Part shown: positions 49,501 through 61,852 of the stretch, piece after piece
Layout: every line of letters starts with the position of its first letter
Position numbering within the stretch: position 1 is the stretch's first letter
DNA from: Antedon mediterranea
Lineage: Eukaryota; Animalia; Echinodermata
Assembly: GCF_964355755.1 (NCBI RefSeq)
Contig: NC_092671.1
Location: 33,552,304 to 33,616,303, forward strand
Direction: 5' to 3'
DNA: 64,000 nucleotides
Made by a program: the position numbers and the translations under genes
The notes under the pieces: model-generated
Seen by the model: only the letters and a program-made list of their open reading frames with translations
What the model was told of the DNA's origin: nothing
Database searches by the model: none

Positions 49501-52500
49501 TATTGAAGCAAAACAAGGTCCGATCGCCGTCCACACGTATGGTGTCCCGATCGTCTAAGTAGGCCTAAAATAAATAGGTTTAGTTTACTCTCCAAAAAAG
49601 CGGATACTCATGCATCAAGCAAGTAGACCAGGTAGTAGGAAGGAGACCTAGCCGATCCGGCCGAGTTAAAAATTGAGCTAGCTAGTGTAGTAGACCCTAT
49701 GCGAATTGATACTACCAGGCCTTTTACTATAGAGGCTGCACTACACAAATATTCCAACTCTCTCATTCGAGCTATATTATCTATACCATTCCGGTAGGTC
49801 GAGTCGACTTTCAATCAAATACTGTACATCGTTCATGTTGTGATTATAGACGGGGTGTACACTCGACTCGACCAGTTTGGTATTGTTGTATCTGCTTATC
49901 ACGTGACGATGCCAGACATGGGCAGCAGAGAGAGCACGTGTATCGTCGTCTCGCTCGATCCTCAGCAGGAATGTACAGTATACGTTACGCTTCATTGATT
50001 TTGATTTTTCCCTAAGTCGGTGCGAAAATCGGCAAACGTAAAGTGCAAACATATCTAATTTTTCACTGTTTTGATGAATTTTCATAAAAAATTGACTTTA
50101 TAAATGGGAAGACCGACTAAAATTACATCAGATAAGTATAATTTTACAAAATTAATTGATATGGTTTATGATAACGAGTCGTCGGAAGATGGACCATTTC
50201 ACGAATTTCCTATTTTGTAACCACAGTGTGATTTTGCCGTAGCTGCACTTGTAATCTGGCCTGATTTCACAGCCTTCGTTCTGCTTCACTGGGCGCTTAT
50301 ATAAATTGAAACTTTTACCGTTCAAGAGACAAACAAATATATTTTACATTTTTTACTATTCATTTTAAACCCGGAACCCCCCTTTAATTTCATGGGAAAA
50401 TTAACTTCTTTAAGTACTGCTGTGAATTGATTTATGATACTAGTGTAGAAAAGGGGTATTGAACTATAAGACATGTGTATTATTATTTTTATCTACCAAT
50501 TGTTTCAATAGATAAAATCTATATAGGCCAACACCTACTTGACGATCAATCACTGTTAGCGGTCAACAACCGCACCAACAAGCTGTGCGCATATTCTCCA
50601 TATAATACGCGGCCTAGTGCTACACCATTTTGACCAAGAAAAGACTACATATAGTAGCATATTTAAAATTTATTTTGTTGAAATATTTATTAGTAAACTT
50701 TAAAAATGTATTAGTTAACCAATATTTACTATCACATTACATATAATTTTGTTGCCAATATTTTTAATTATTTTCTAAAATCTCCTAGTATTTACCTAAT
50801 CTTAACGCTATTGAATAAGCAGTGTGTCCATTAATGCATTAACATGGCCTCAATATGTCCTACCGAGGAGCTTGTCGCTACTCCTTTTTGTTAAATTACT
50901 CTATATGCACTTGTTGGTATAGCGCCCTTATTTGTCGGTAACTAAAGGCTGGTTGGATTGTTTGAAATTCTTTAGTAACTAAGACCGCTATATTGCAATT
51001 GACTTTGCTGAGAGGCTTAACTAAGACTTTCGCAAGGGGCTTAGGACTTATATCTAAGCCTAAGACAAAGTCTTGCAATCCGCCCCAGGACTAGTTAGTC
51101 AAGGTTCCATGGATACCATATCAATGATAGTCCAGAATTATCATTAGTCCTGGACTAGATAGTCCAGGACAAAGGATAGTCCAGGACTAAAGATAGTCCC
51201 ATTTCATGAATTGCAGTGATATGACATCATCATGTCCATATATGGGAACATTGCATTTTTGGTTTGTCACAAGTTTGATAGTGTAGACAGAGGTTTAATT
51301 AAATAGTTAAAACAGTTCAGTTTAAAAAAAATTAGAATCAATATTGTTCACATACTACAAATATTTACTGAAAACTGATTTTAAACCTTATTAAACTAGA
51401 ACACGGAAGGACCTTTTTAGGAACCTGCATTCCAGCATAAACGGCTATCATCATTCTGATATGTCATGCTTTTTTAAATTGTAGGTTTAAGATATATTTG
51501 GTTAATGTTTGTGTTAATGTATTGTTCTATTTCGCATAGCAATACATATTACAAATAAAAAGCTACACAATATTGTATTTTACGTGGCAAACTGGAACAA
51601 AATGACAGCACCATCGCAAAACAATTTAAAACCTGTGTATAGAACGTATCAGATTTTGTAAATCCACAGTGCGTGGTTTTGTTACATTTTTTGGAATAAA
51701 GTTACCTATATATATAGGATTGCGTCTTGTAATGCAGTAAGGTATACAGTGCAAATATGTCAAGAAATGCATTTTTTTATCTTAAATGTATTACCATTAC
51801 TTAATAAATTGCAAAAAATACGTCCCCATAGGCCCTATTGCAATACCTTTTGAGTAAGTTGGAAAAGACATTCTACTCGATATAACTTTTTAGGTTTCTA
51901 GTTTACCGACAAGATGAATGCGTTGTTAATTGAGACGAACCGACTTTACATTACTAATCAGCGTATCATAATTTAAAGTAAAATATAGTGTAATATTAAT
52001 TACATGGCATTATGTAAATAGGTGAACGTGATTGGTTGAAACTGTATCACATGACTACCGCTGCGAGGATCGTAAATGGTATATGAGGTGAGGTGAGTCC
52101 CGTGTTCTCTGAACGTAGGGGAATGAGCTGTTAGGAGCTCATTGTACTAAGCCTCGGCATTATGTGGTAGGGTGGCCAGTTCCTTTCCATGCCGCCTTTT
52201 TTCTCCCTAGTATTTTCAACCAGGTACTCATTTTACAGCTGAGTGAACTGGGAGTTGTCGGGCATTGAACCCGGGTCTATCTGTACGACAGTCAAGTGTC
52301 CTAACCACTCGGCTATCCAATGGTATATATGATATTGAATTGAAAATTCTCGAGTACGATGATATTGACTGTGTAATTTTCGTGTGGCAACATTCGCGTT
52401 TGGCGATAAATAAACAACAAAAGTCATCTACTGAGACTTGAACTCGCGATGATGTCCATCATCAAAATACAACGTTTCACCCGTTGCGCCACGCAACTTG

Positions 52501-53099
52501 CTTAAAGAAATTAATCAATGCATACATAGCGCTCTAATTTGTTATTAGCCCTCCCTAGATGTGATGAAAGGCCGTTTTTGATTGGTTAATACTCACGGTA
52601 TGAACCTGGTACACGCGGCGCGCTGAACATGCGGTGATTCGGCTCCTTGAAGAAGACGAATTATTAATTATTCGGCCTACTTGATAATAATATTATTATC
52701 ATTAATGTAGGCTCGTTGATGAAAATTCTTCCGTCAATTTAAATGACCTAGGCCTAAGTGAATATTTAATTGCCAAGAAATCATTAATTAGTAATTATCT
52801 GTATACCATTATTATTCTTCGCAGGCTTATTACATAAAAGAGGCCTAGCTACACCCGACCCAGCAACAGTAGATATTCAACTGGTTGTTGGCTATGTAAT
52901 ATAAAAGATATCGCCTTTTATATCAGTAAAATATAAGATTTGACATCCCCTTGTGAATGATGTAATGTTCTTGAGAAATATATTTCTCTCAGCTAGCGCT
53001 ACGGGAAATATATTCCCTCGGGGATGTCAAATCTTATATTTAACCTCTAAGCAGGCAATATATCTTATAATATAAGCCTACTTACAGTTTAGCTCCCAT
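46576..53099 (-). CDS. Micro-exon gene C: predicted 70-aa secreted basic peptide
   Basis: Exons 53099-53086, 48419-48343, 47728-47702, 47429-47403, 47307-47281, 46831-46808 and 46592-46576 give MGAKLRLQTLVVVFLVVFLFQAEFGQCQES-IKKRYGRNE-LKKRFRRDE-LPTRSINSE-TRPKSRKE-GIPNV-stop. Internal exons of 27, 27, 27 and 24 nt are all phase 1-1. Confidence 0.82.
48447..51295. mobile_element. Four-layer nest of non-autonomous TIR elements in intron 1 of gene C
   Basis: Concentric inverted pairs: CTCTGTCTACAC / GTGTAGACAGAG; ATTCATGAAAGGGGACTA / TAGTCCCATTTCATGAAT; CCTGGGCCGATTGCAA / TTGCAATCCGCCCCAGG; innermost element 48804-50383. Confidence 0.8.
48804..50383. mobile_element. Kolobok-like non-autonomous DNA transposon
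   Basis: TTAA TSD at 48800-48803 and 50384-50387; 21-bp TIR AGGGGGATTCTGGGTTTAAAA versus AGGGGGGTTCCGGGTTTAAAA (purine-purine start). Confidence 0.75.
52085..52318 (-). mobile_element. tRNA-derived SINE
   Basis: Minus-strand head GGATAGCCGAGTGGTTAGG (A box) and GGGTTCAATGCCC (B box); (CTCAC)n tail; 10-bp TSD AATGGTATAT at 52075-52084 and 52319-52328. Confidence 0.82.
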
Positions 53100-53154
53100 G
53101 TTGATAGTGAACGTCAATTTCGTACTAATGGTTGGTGCTCATCTTAAAAGACAC

Positions 53155-53161
53155 TTTTATA
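53155..53161 (-). promoter_or_regulatory. TATA box of gene C
   Basis: TATAAAA about 56 nt upstream of the ATG. Confidence 0.65.
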
Positions 53162-54110
53162 TCGTCACCCCAATACATTAACATTTTAAAAGGTTAAATC
53201 AACACAACAATGAGATATAAGTAATATTTTATACACGAATTTAAAATATTTTTTTTGCATGTGATAATCAATTTTGTCAATTGTCGTTATTGTTATTAAA
53301 TATTATTCAAATGTAGTTACATAAAATAGTGCCTATATTTAATTTGTGCTTATTATTATATTGTGTATGGAATTAAAAGAATGTATGATAATACACACCT
53401 GCTGTAAGGAATTGATTAATATATAAAACATGAATAAAATGTTTAAACAAGATTATTCAAAAAAACAGTTTTATATGTGTAATTTTACAATTTTCGTTAT
53501 TGTTATTATTCGAATATCATTAAATAAAACAATGTTTATGAATAATTTTTAATGTATTGTTGACGTGTTTTTATTATGTTTTTATTGTTTAAAATGGGAT
53601 TAATTATTTTATTAATTTACACCAGTTGTCTGTCAAAATGTAATATTAAATACATGTTTTGATACGATGATGATCAATAGTATTCTTTTCTTAATTCTTC
53701 AATCCAAAGCTCTCCATTTACTCATTTCTATATATCTCATTTTTGTATTAGCAATAGTATTATTGTTCAAGTATACTTCTACCTTTATATCTTATTGCAT
53801 ACTGTAGGGCATGTAGTACGGTGTATATAAATAGAAAAAAGGCTCATATTCAGTTACAACTGTTTGTATTTTCTGTTTTGCCACCTTCGAAATTTACCAT
53901 TTTTTATTTATCCTGAACAAGACTGGATTACTAATTTGGTAATATTCTTTGTACTTCTGTACGCGGAGCACATCGATATTTCACCGTAAAATGTCCAATT
54001 AAATTGTTTTAATATAAGAAAAAGTTGAAAGTATTTTGTTGCTCTTATACTTTACATGCATTAACAAAGTCAAGTTTGACACAATTTGATCTGCATATCA
54101 CGTGACTTTA

Positions 54111-54922
54111 ATTCAATGTCGTAACTCTTTATTTCTCTGGCGTTGCTTGGCTAGCAACCACGCAGCGCCCCTACCGTCGTGTCGTCAGCACCGCAGAATG
54201 CTATACACAAAATAAGCAGCTAGTAAATCAAAGATCTGCAGTCGTTCGCCCACAACATAAATCGCATGTTTCAATAACTTTTATATCAGAAATGTAGGCC
54301 TAATTATGATTATCATTTGGCACCAATAATCAGTGAGACTTTACTTGATGTATTTATATTTTATTATTATATTTATTTCTATACAATAGAGCCTATATTT
54401 AAAAATAATTTATAATTGGGCAAATTAATTAAAGCAAAGTAATTATTGTTATTATGCTATTTTCATCATTTTCATTGTCATGTATATATTAATAATTTTA
54501 TGAAACGATTAGAATAAGGAGGGGCGACTTTTTCTTATTCTCACAGATTTCCTCATCTTAATCGTTTCAAATTAATTAATTCAATTTCAGTATATCACCG
54601 GGCAGATTGGATTCATGTTTTGTTCCTGTTAATATTAATTTTATAATATTTAATTCCTGAAAACCAACAATTAAGGCATTAGAAAATATTATTAGCTAAG
54701 AAACGAATACTATTATTATGGGTTTGACAGTCGTCGTAGTACCACCATGGCGGCTTGTACAGTCAATGATGTAATTAATAACTGTAAAAACAGAAGTTCA
54801 GTAGTCTTGAATGCTGAGGGTTATAACGTTCTAACGCCCTAATTATACAATCCGTTCACACGTACATGCGCATGCTTAGTACATCAACAAACCCAGAACC
54901 ATAAAGAGTTACGACTTTGAAT
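54111..54922. mobile_element. MITE-like element with 22-bp TIRs
   Basis: ATTCAATGTCGTAACTCTTTAT (54111-54132) versus ATAAAGAGTTACGACTTTGAAT (54901-54922). Confidence 0.65.
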
Positions 54923-56819
54923 GGATTGAATCAATTTGTTTAAAGGTTTTTGTTAAAATAATAATAATATTATTTTGATGTTACAAAATAATTGTTTTCT
55001 TTGGCAGAAATCAGCCTGGCATGTGTAAATATGTTCGTCTACGGATGTAAAACTACAGGTCAGGAAAACAGTCAAGATTTCAATTCTAACGTATGGCATG
55101 TATTGTGTAAATCTGATCAAGAAGGATATTTTGAATTAAAGCAGCGTTGGGTTTACCTACCTGTCCAACATATTTGATTTATGTACAATTAACCAAATAT
55201 TATATTTAAAATTCATGCCTGTACCTGAGCTTTAAAACAATAAGGATATTACAGTAAGTTAATTATAGTTGGACTTTTTTATTGTTGCGACTTACTTCCA
55301 GTGTTTATTCCTTTAGGAGGTGTTGAAAAAAAAACAAGAATAATAATATGAACGTATTGAAGTGAATAATTTTTTTTCATTTTTTTATATCGACGTCGAC
55401 AAAACCATGTTTTAAAACCGTGGTTGCGTTAGGTTTGACCTAACAAAGGGTTCAGATAACACTTTTAGCCCTAGCTAATTTTTTCTAGGTGGGATCAGGG
55501 AAACGACCCGCAATATTTTAAATAATATTTACTGAGTCTAATTATTTTACAACTACCAATTTTTTTAGATCCTTAAACCATGGAAAATTTGTCAATGCCG
55601 GTGTCATGAGCAGCTCCCTCTATATTTTATAAATAAACTTGTGCATGTTCCTGTAGCTACCCATAAAAAAAGGATTAAACAGCCTGATACGAAAAGCCAA
55701 AAAGATTGAAAATAAAAGAAATATCATAAGTACGTAACACTTTTATAAATACCAGCATGTACCTGACTGAATCTATTTAATATGTTTAAAAGGGCAGATT
55801 AAAAGTTTTATATTTTTAGTTAAACAAGTATAAAACAAAATTGGTTGCTGGTTGTAAGAACTGGATAGAAATTTAAAACATAACAAGCTTCTGGCATTAA
55901 AAACACTTACAATAAAATATTATAAAACTTCAAGTAAAATACAGCACAACATTATTTAATGCATGCACATTATTGCAAATATTAGGTTGTTGTACCTACA
56001 TCTAGTTATCTACTCACCTTCATTCAGACAGATTCTTTCATTATCTGAAATAAGTAAAGTGACATGGAGTAATAAAGAAGGTTATTCAATAGGCCTACGT
56101 TCTTATGATTAGTACCAAAGTTTGTATATCATTACAGGTGAAATTAATCTATTATATACATTTCGTTTACAAAATTCTATTGATTGTCTTTTTTTTAATT
56201 TACGTTTTTATGACCACCAATTTCTGTCAAGTTTCCATACATCATTTCTGACAGGGGACAGAATCAATCGTAATTGGCATACATTTCGCATCTTACCATT
56301 CTCATTTTCAGTACAGACTCAAATAATACTATAAATAATAAATACAACAATACTACAAATACAACAACTAGGCATAAAGTTAAGAAGTTTCTGTGAATAG
56401 AATATACGGTACACATTGCCAAAAGCAATAGTTACACAGATAAATAAAAACAAGTATGCTTAATCATAAGAAAAAAATGAGTAAATAATACAATTAATAG
56501 CTAATTTTAAATATATAGGATTAATTTACGTTTCATATATTTTCATAATATTAAAAAAAGAAGATCAGCTTTATGATATTTCGTCAAAGATCGGTTGGTG
56601 ATTGTATTAGGAAATAGAGTAAACAGGCGCATCGATAAATAGATTTCAATAATATAAAAATTGTAGAATGTTATTAAAAAAAATATAACCGATGATAAGT
56701 TTTAGGATGTTATAATTTTATAATAGTAAATATTCAAAGGAAAATAAAATGTAATAAACTATATAGTGACAGCATACAGTGACTTCATTACCAATCTGTT
56801 TAGAAAAAAAGATAACCGG

Positions 56820-57730
56820 AATTGTTTTCCAGTGTGGTGGGTGTACCGTAAAAAACATATAAATATGCTAGAATCCGTTCAGAGGAGAGCTACCTGCATG
56901 ATCTTAAAGAAAGGTTATTTTAGATCAACATTATATAGATAGAAGAAAGGGGCTAGGTCTAATGTCAATAGAGAATAGGCGTGATTTCTTAAACATGACA
57001 TTCATTGCCAATATAATAATTTCTCCACGATCTGATTTTATGAGTGAATATGTTGATTCTTTTTTAGTTAATAACCGACACCTATATATACTCACCTTTC
57101 ATCATGGTAGAGCTCGTACTGATGCTTTTAAATACTCAGGATTAGTACGGTTTCCTAAAATGTTTTCAGAACTTGGTGCTACGATCAGAAACAATCTTAT
57201 TGAAGAGTCGTTTTTTAAGTTTAAACACAGTTTAGAGCAACATTTTACAGATTTTTTAACTTTTCATATTTTTATTAACATGATTGTACATACTTTGAAT
57301 TTTTAACTTTTTAACTTTTATACAATGAGAATTTTTTACTTTTATACAATCAGAATTTTTAACTTTTATACAATCAGAATTTTTTACTTTTATACAATCA
57401 TAATTTTTAACTTTTATACAATCAGAATTTTTACCTTTTATTCAATCAGAATTTTTAACTTTTACACAATCAGAATTTTTAACTTTTACACAATCAGATT
57501 GTTCAGATAGCAATTGCATTTTTATTACACTTTTGTTAACATTTTATTATACCATATTTTTCTATGTATTTTTCTAAAGTTGTTAAATGTCGGTTTTATT
57601 GTATCGTTCAAGTTGACAGTGGCTGGTCAAGCACATCACAAGATGACAGTTTTATACTTTTGCTTTTCCGCTACTCCCCTGTTATACTTATATGTTTGTT
57701 TTTTTGCTATGTAGAAAGATTAAATATATA
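56820..57730 (+). mobile_element. 3' fragment of a CR1/L2-type LINE in intron 1 of gene D
   Basis: LESVQRRAT motif at about 56870 and a degenerate C-terminal ORF (56962-57306). Confidence 0.6.
57305..57500 (+). repeat. Minisatellite, 24-bp unit, about 8 copies
   Basis: Unit ATACAATCAGAATTTTTAACTTTT. Confidence 0.92.
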
Positions 57731-58428
57731 TTAAAATGAAGAATGTTCAAGTATCGGGAGTATATACACTAATAGTTATAACTTAGTTGAAATAGAAAAT
57801 GTTACATTAGGTTTGGGCATGGCAAACATGCTTGCGGTCAATATTTATCTAAAAATGTTTAGCCAAACGATATAATATTAGATAATAATCCTGTGAGTAA
57901 CTTCTAACTTTTTGGAGAAACGAAATCTCATGATAATAACCATGTATGTGTTAGCTTGGGAGTATAGGATATGCAACAATAACCTACAATGTACTTACAT
58001 TTTACTCGACATGATGATACAAGAATGCCGATGACAGCTTTAGATAAACAAAATAATAAAATAGTTTGAATAGTTTACTTTAAAGGAAGGGGTGAGGCTG
58101 AGAATATTATTTGAACGTTTCGTTTTCTGGATCGATAGTAATCAAAGAATAGATTATAAACAAGGACAGTCAAGTGGTGCGAGGCTTAGTTTTATTGAAA
58201 ACATTTTCAAAAAATGACCTCATGCACTGATTATAAATACAGTAGACATAGATATACTTTATTCTTCAAATGTAGGCAAAAGAGATTTTTGAAAATCGTG
58301 TCATTGTCGGTGTAAATTGTGGTAAAATGAAAAAAAGTATTTTGCATGTCTGAAAAAAAGTCCCGATCAGACCAAATAGCGTAAGCGATGCATGATGGGA
58401 CGGAATTTGATGCCAGTAAAATAATATA

Positions 58429-59660
58429 TCTATCTATCTATATTATAAGTGAGAGAGTTTGTCTGTCTGTTTGTTTGTTTGTTCGTTCGTTATACAAATT
58501 TTTGTTACTGCACATAATCTTACATATGGGGTATCAAAATGACCGCAATTGTACCGGGAATGTGGTTGTTTGTGATGTCATTTTTGCTAGGGCTCGGGGT
58601 TGTAGGCTATGGAATTGTAAAATTATACTACAACAGTTTTACAGTATTTGAATTATCCTCAGCAAGGCGTTTGGGGAAATATAGATATAGATATACATAT
58701 TTTATTCATTAACCAATAGGACACCTATTCGATTACACATTTAGCAAAGTACTTTAACCATATCCAGCTATGTATCGGTCTCTTGGATTGTCTCATTACA
58801 GAAATCCATGTGTGAACATATAAATGTGTGAACATACACATGTTGTTTACTGTTACTGTGTTCAACTACATCACCAATTCTCCAAGGAAAGAAACGTCAA
58901 TTGTGGGAGAGTGGGGTTGGGAAATTAGGTTAAATTGAATTTGTCCATCACTGGGAAGAATTTGTTTTTAAGAAAGAGTATGGGGTGTTATTGAAGAGGG
59001 GTGAGTATAGACAGATACTGCCGTCGGGTGTTAAGTACTGAGAAGGCTGTAAACTAATCTTGAAACCCGCCCTGGAGCGGGTATAATTGCTAGTATTATA
59101 TAAGTGAGCGAGTTTGTCTGTCTGTTTGTTCGTTATACAAATTTGTGTTACTGCACATACCTATACATATTGGGCATCAAAATGACCGAACTTGTACCGG
59201 GAAGGTTCTAAACTACATTTCAACATCATCCGTCAGCTAGGATCTAAGTTAGGGGCCAACGTGTTGTCAAAATGACCCTCTTTTCCCCACTTTCGATGTC
59301 TGTTTGTTATACAAGTTTCTGTTTCTGCACGTAACCATACATATGAGGTATCAAAATGATCGCAATTGTACCGGAAATTAACTACATTAAAAAAATTCCC
59401 CGAGTCCTGGGGTTTTTGTGGGAGGGGGAGGGTGGGGTTTGTGATTTCATTTTTGCTTGGGCTCGGGGTTGTAGGCTATCGAATTGTAAAATGATACTAC
59501 CAATGTTTTACAGTATTTGAATTATCCTTAAGAAGGGCTTTGGGAAAATATAGATATACATATTTTAATCATTAACCAATATGACACCTATTCATTTACA
59601 TATTTAGCAAAGTACTTTAACCATATCCAGCTATGTATCGGTCTCTTGGATTACCTCATA
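58429..59660 (+). mobile_element. Non-autonomous Helitron-like element (58429-59093) followed head-to-tail by a truncated second copy
   Basis: 5' TC with (TGTC/TGTT)n; 3' hairpin ACCCGC..GCGGGT then CTAG|T at 59090-59093; TAAGTGAG.GAGTTTGTCTG restarts immediately afterwards. Confidence 0.78.
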
Positions 59661-59749
59661 GTCCGGTGGCAGGAAGGAGGTGGGAATCAAATTGCCATCT
59701 AACGTTTCTAGACCAAATTTTTTCGTAGATTACGAATATGAAAGGTAAA

Positions 59750-60670
59750 AGATCAGGATAGGAAGCGTTTTCGAGATATAATGGGTCAAAGTTCAAAATT
59801 GACCAATTACAACAATGTATTATGTATTTGTATTATAACAAATTTATTGAAGCACAATTTGTTCTTTTATTACATGTTTATGATTATAGGTGTCTATTCA
59901 ATCACCTTATGAAAAAAAAAATGCTTTGTGATTAAGGGTCAAATGTCAATATTGACCAATCATAGAACGTACCTATAATGTTTTCTCATCCTGTGAATCA
60001 ATCATTCGCAATGTAAAAGAGTGAATAAATCATTTCAACAGCTGACATAAAGTCAATTTCATCAGTTGACATAATGTCAAAGGTCAAAATTTTAATGCGC
60101 GTATTAGTTAACAAATAAATGCAAAGTTGTCCAAACAAAATATTAATTGTTTTACAAGTAATCAAATTATTTGATCAGTAAAGTTATGTTCTTTCATTAT
60201 AATTTTGAATAATATAATTATAATACTTTTTTAAATCAAATCAGACTTCGATCAGGATAGAAAGCGAATAGGAAGAGAGATAAGGGGTCAAAGTTCAAAA
60301 TTTACCAATTATAACAATGTATTATATACATATGTATTATAACCAATTTATTGAAGTTCAATTTGGTCTTTTAATACATTTGTATGGTTATAGGTATCTA
60401 TTCAGTCGCCTTATAAAACAAATACTTTGCAATTAAAGGTCAAATGGCAATATTGACCAATCACAAAATTTGCATATAAAATCAAATAAAAACTTATTTA
60501 TTTAAGACAAATGTTATGTTTTATCATTCTGACATCAATCATACACAATCAAAGAGCACATTCATCTTTACACTAGTTGACATAGGTCAAAGGTCAACAT
60601 TTGAACAAGTGATATACTAAATAATGCAAAGTTATTCAAACTATGAGATCGATCGTTATTTGATCAGTGA
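59750..60670. repeat. Degenerate direct repeat, about 500-bp period
   Basis: GATCAGGATAG.AAGCG...GGGTCAAAGTTCAAAATT.ACCAATTA occurs at about 59751 and about 60250. Confidence 0.7.
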
Positions 60671-60745
60671 ACTTATGGTATTTTTTCTAGTGCGCATTAT
60701 TTTAAATGTATATAATACTGTAAAATAAATAATAAAATTAATATT

Positions 60746-60782
60746 ACTAGAGGGTGAGCTCGCTTCGCTCGCTCCCCCTCTA
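60746..60782 (-). mobile_element. Helitron-like 3' terminus
   Basis: Minus strand GAGGGGGAGCGAGCGAAGCGAGCTCACCCTCTAG|T: hairpin plus CTAG. Confidence 0.45.
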
Positions 60783-61852
60783 GGAAGTGTAGACGATGGT
60801 TTTCGGAATGATAATGTTCTCCTTATACGTTTTCTGTCGGTTACCATTATTGAAAATGAAAATGCTTGACATTCGTAAAACTAAACTACTTTGTTTTACA
60901 GTGTTTTAGATGATTAATAACATTTTAAAGTACAGTTTTTATTGTTTGGTAGGGCCCTTTGGGGAGGCGGAGGTCATTTGAGGGAGGTGCTTATTCGAGG
61001 GATATATGTTACATTTTGTAGTTTTAATAATAATGGTAATCAAATGAAATCCTCTAATAGATATGAAAAGTTCTAAAAAAGAATAACAAATGCTTGGTAA
61101 ATTGTAGATAACAGTGCGGTGAATTCTACTACAAATAGTACCGTATAATTGTGTTGTTATAAATATGTGGATGGACGTTTATTAGATAGTTGGGTTGGGG
61201 GGGGGGGTGTTTATTATTCAAAGTGATGTTTTATTGGAGAGGCGTTTATTCAAATGAATACCATCCTAATAATTATTAATACATTATTTAATTTAATCAT
61301 CTTTTGAAACTTACTGCTGTGACAGAGTGGGCCCAAGAAAGAAGAAATTATGGTACGGCTTGCAACATGGGCAGACATCTCGGTCCTAACGGGCCACAGG
61401 AAGATAGCCTACAGTTATTCCTGCAAGCTTACTCAATAAAACTCAGCTATCGGGATTTCACTCGAAAAATGTCTTATCATCAAATCTCCCTATGTAATTT
61501 TATAATACTATTCCCCACAATATATTCTGATTCTTTATGGCGTATATTTAATTTGATCTTTATCAATTTGCAGTATAATTCCTATTATTTAACGACTGTA
61601 CCTTCACACACGCGCCGCGGTATGTTTTAAAATAAACAAAAAACTGAAATGGCTATGATTAATGGCCAACTTAAGCTCCAGTCCTACCATATCTGATTTT
61701 TTTTTCGTCTTCCAAAGGGACACTGTATTGATTGATGGAAAGTGCCTGTTTCCAGTCACCATTAGGGTCAAATCTATTATTTTAACTGCTCCCTTGTGTA
61801 TAAAAGAGAGAAAATATTTGAATCCAGGTTGTTGCAAGGTGAACTTATCATA

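Larger units (their letters stand above)
55296..58012 (-). pseudogene. Micro-exon gene D, probable pseudogene
   Basis: Exon 1 58012-57999 (ATG TCG AGT AAA AT|gtaagt). Hydrophobic exon 56390-56297 (INFLTLCLVVVFVVLLYLLFIVLF...) is 94 nt, which breaks phase. 27-nt exons at 56044-56018 (NERICLNE) and 55322-55296 (PPKGINTG); the latter has a CAA rather than CAG acceptor. Confidence 0.6.

Noticed and set aside
52255-52318. Possible tRNA gene
   Set aside because: A and B boxes are present, but it continues into a body, simple-repeat tail and TSD, so it is a SINE head.
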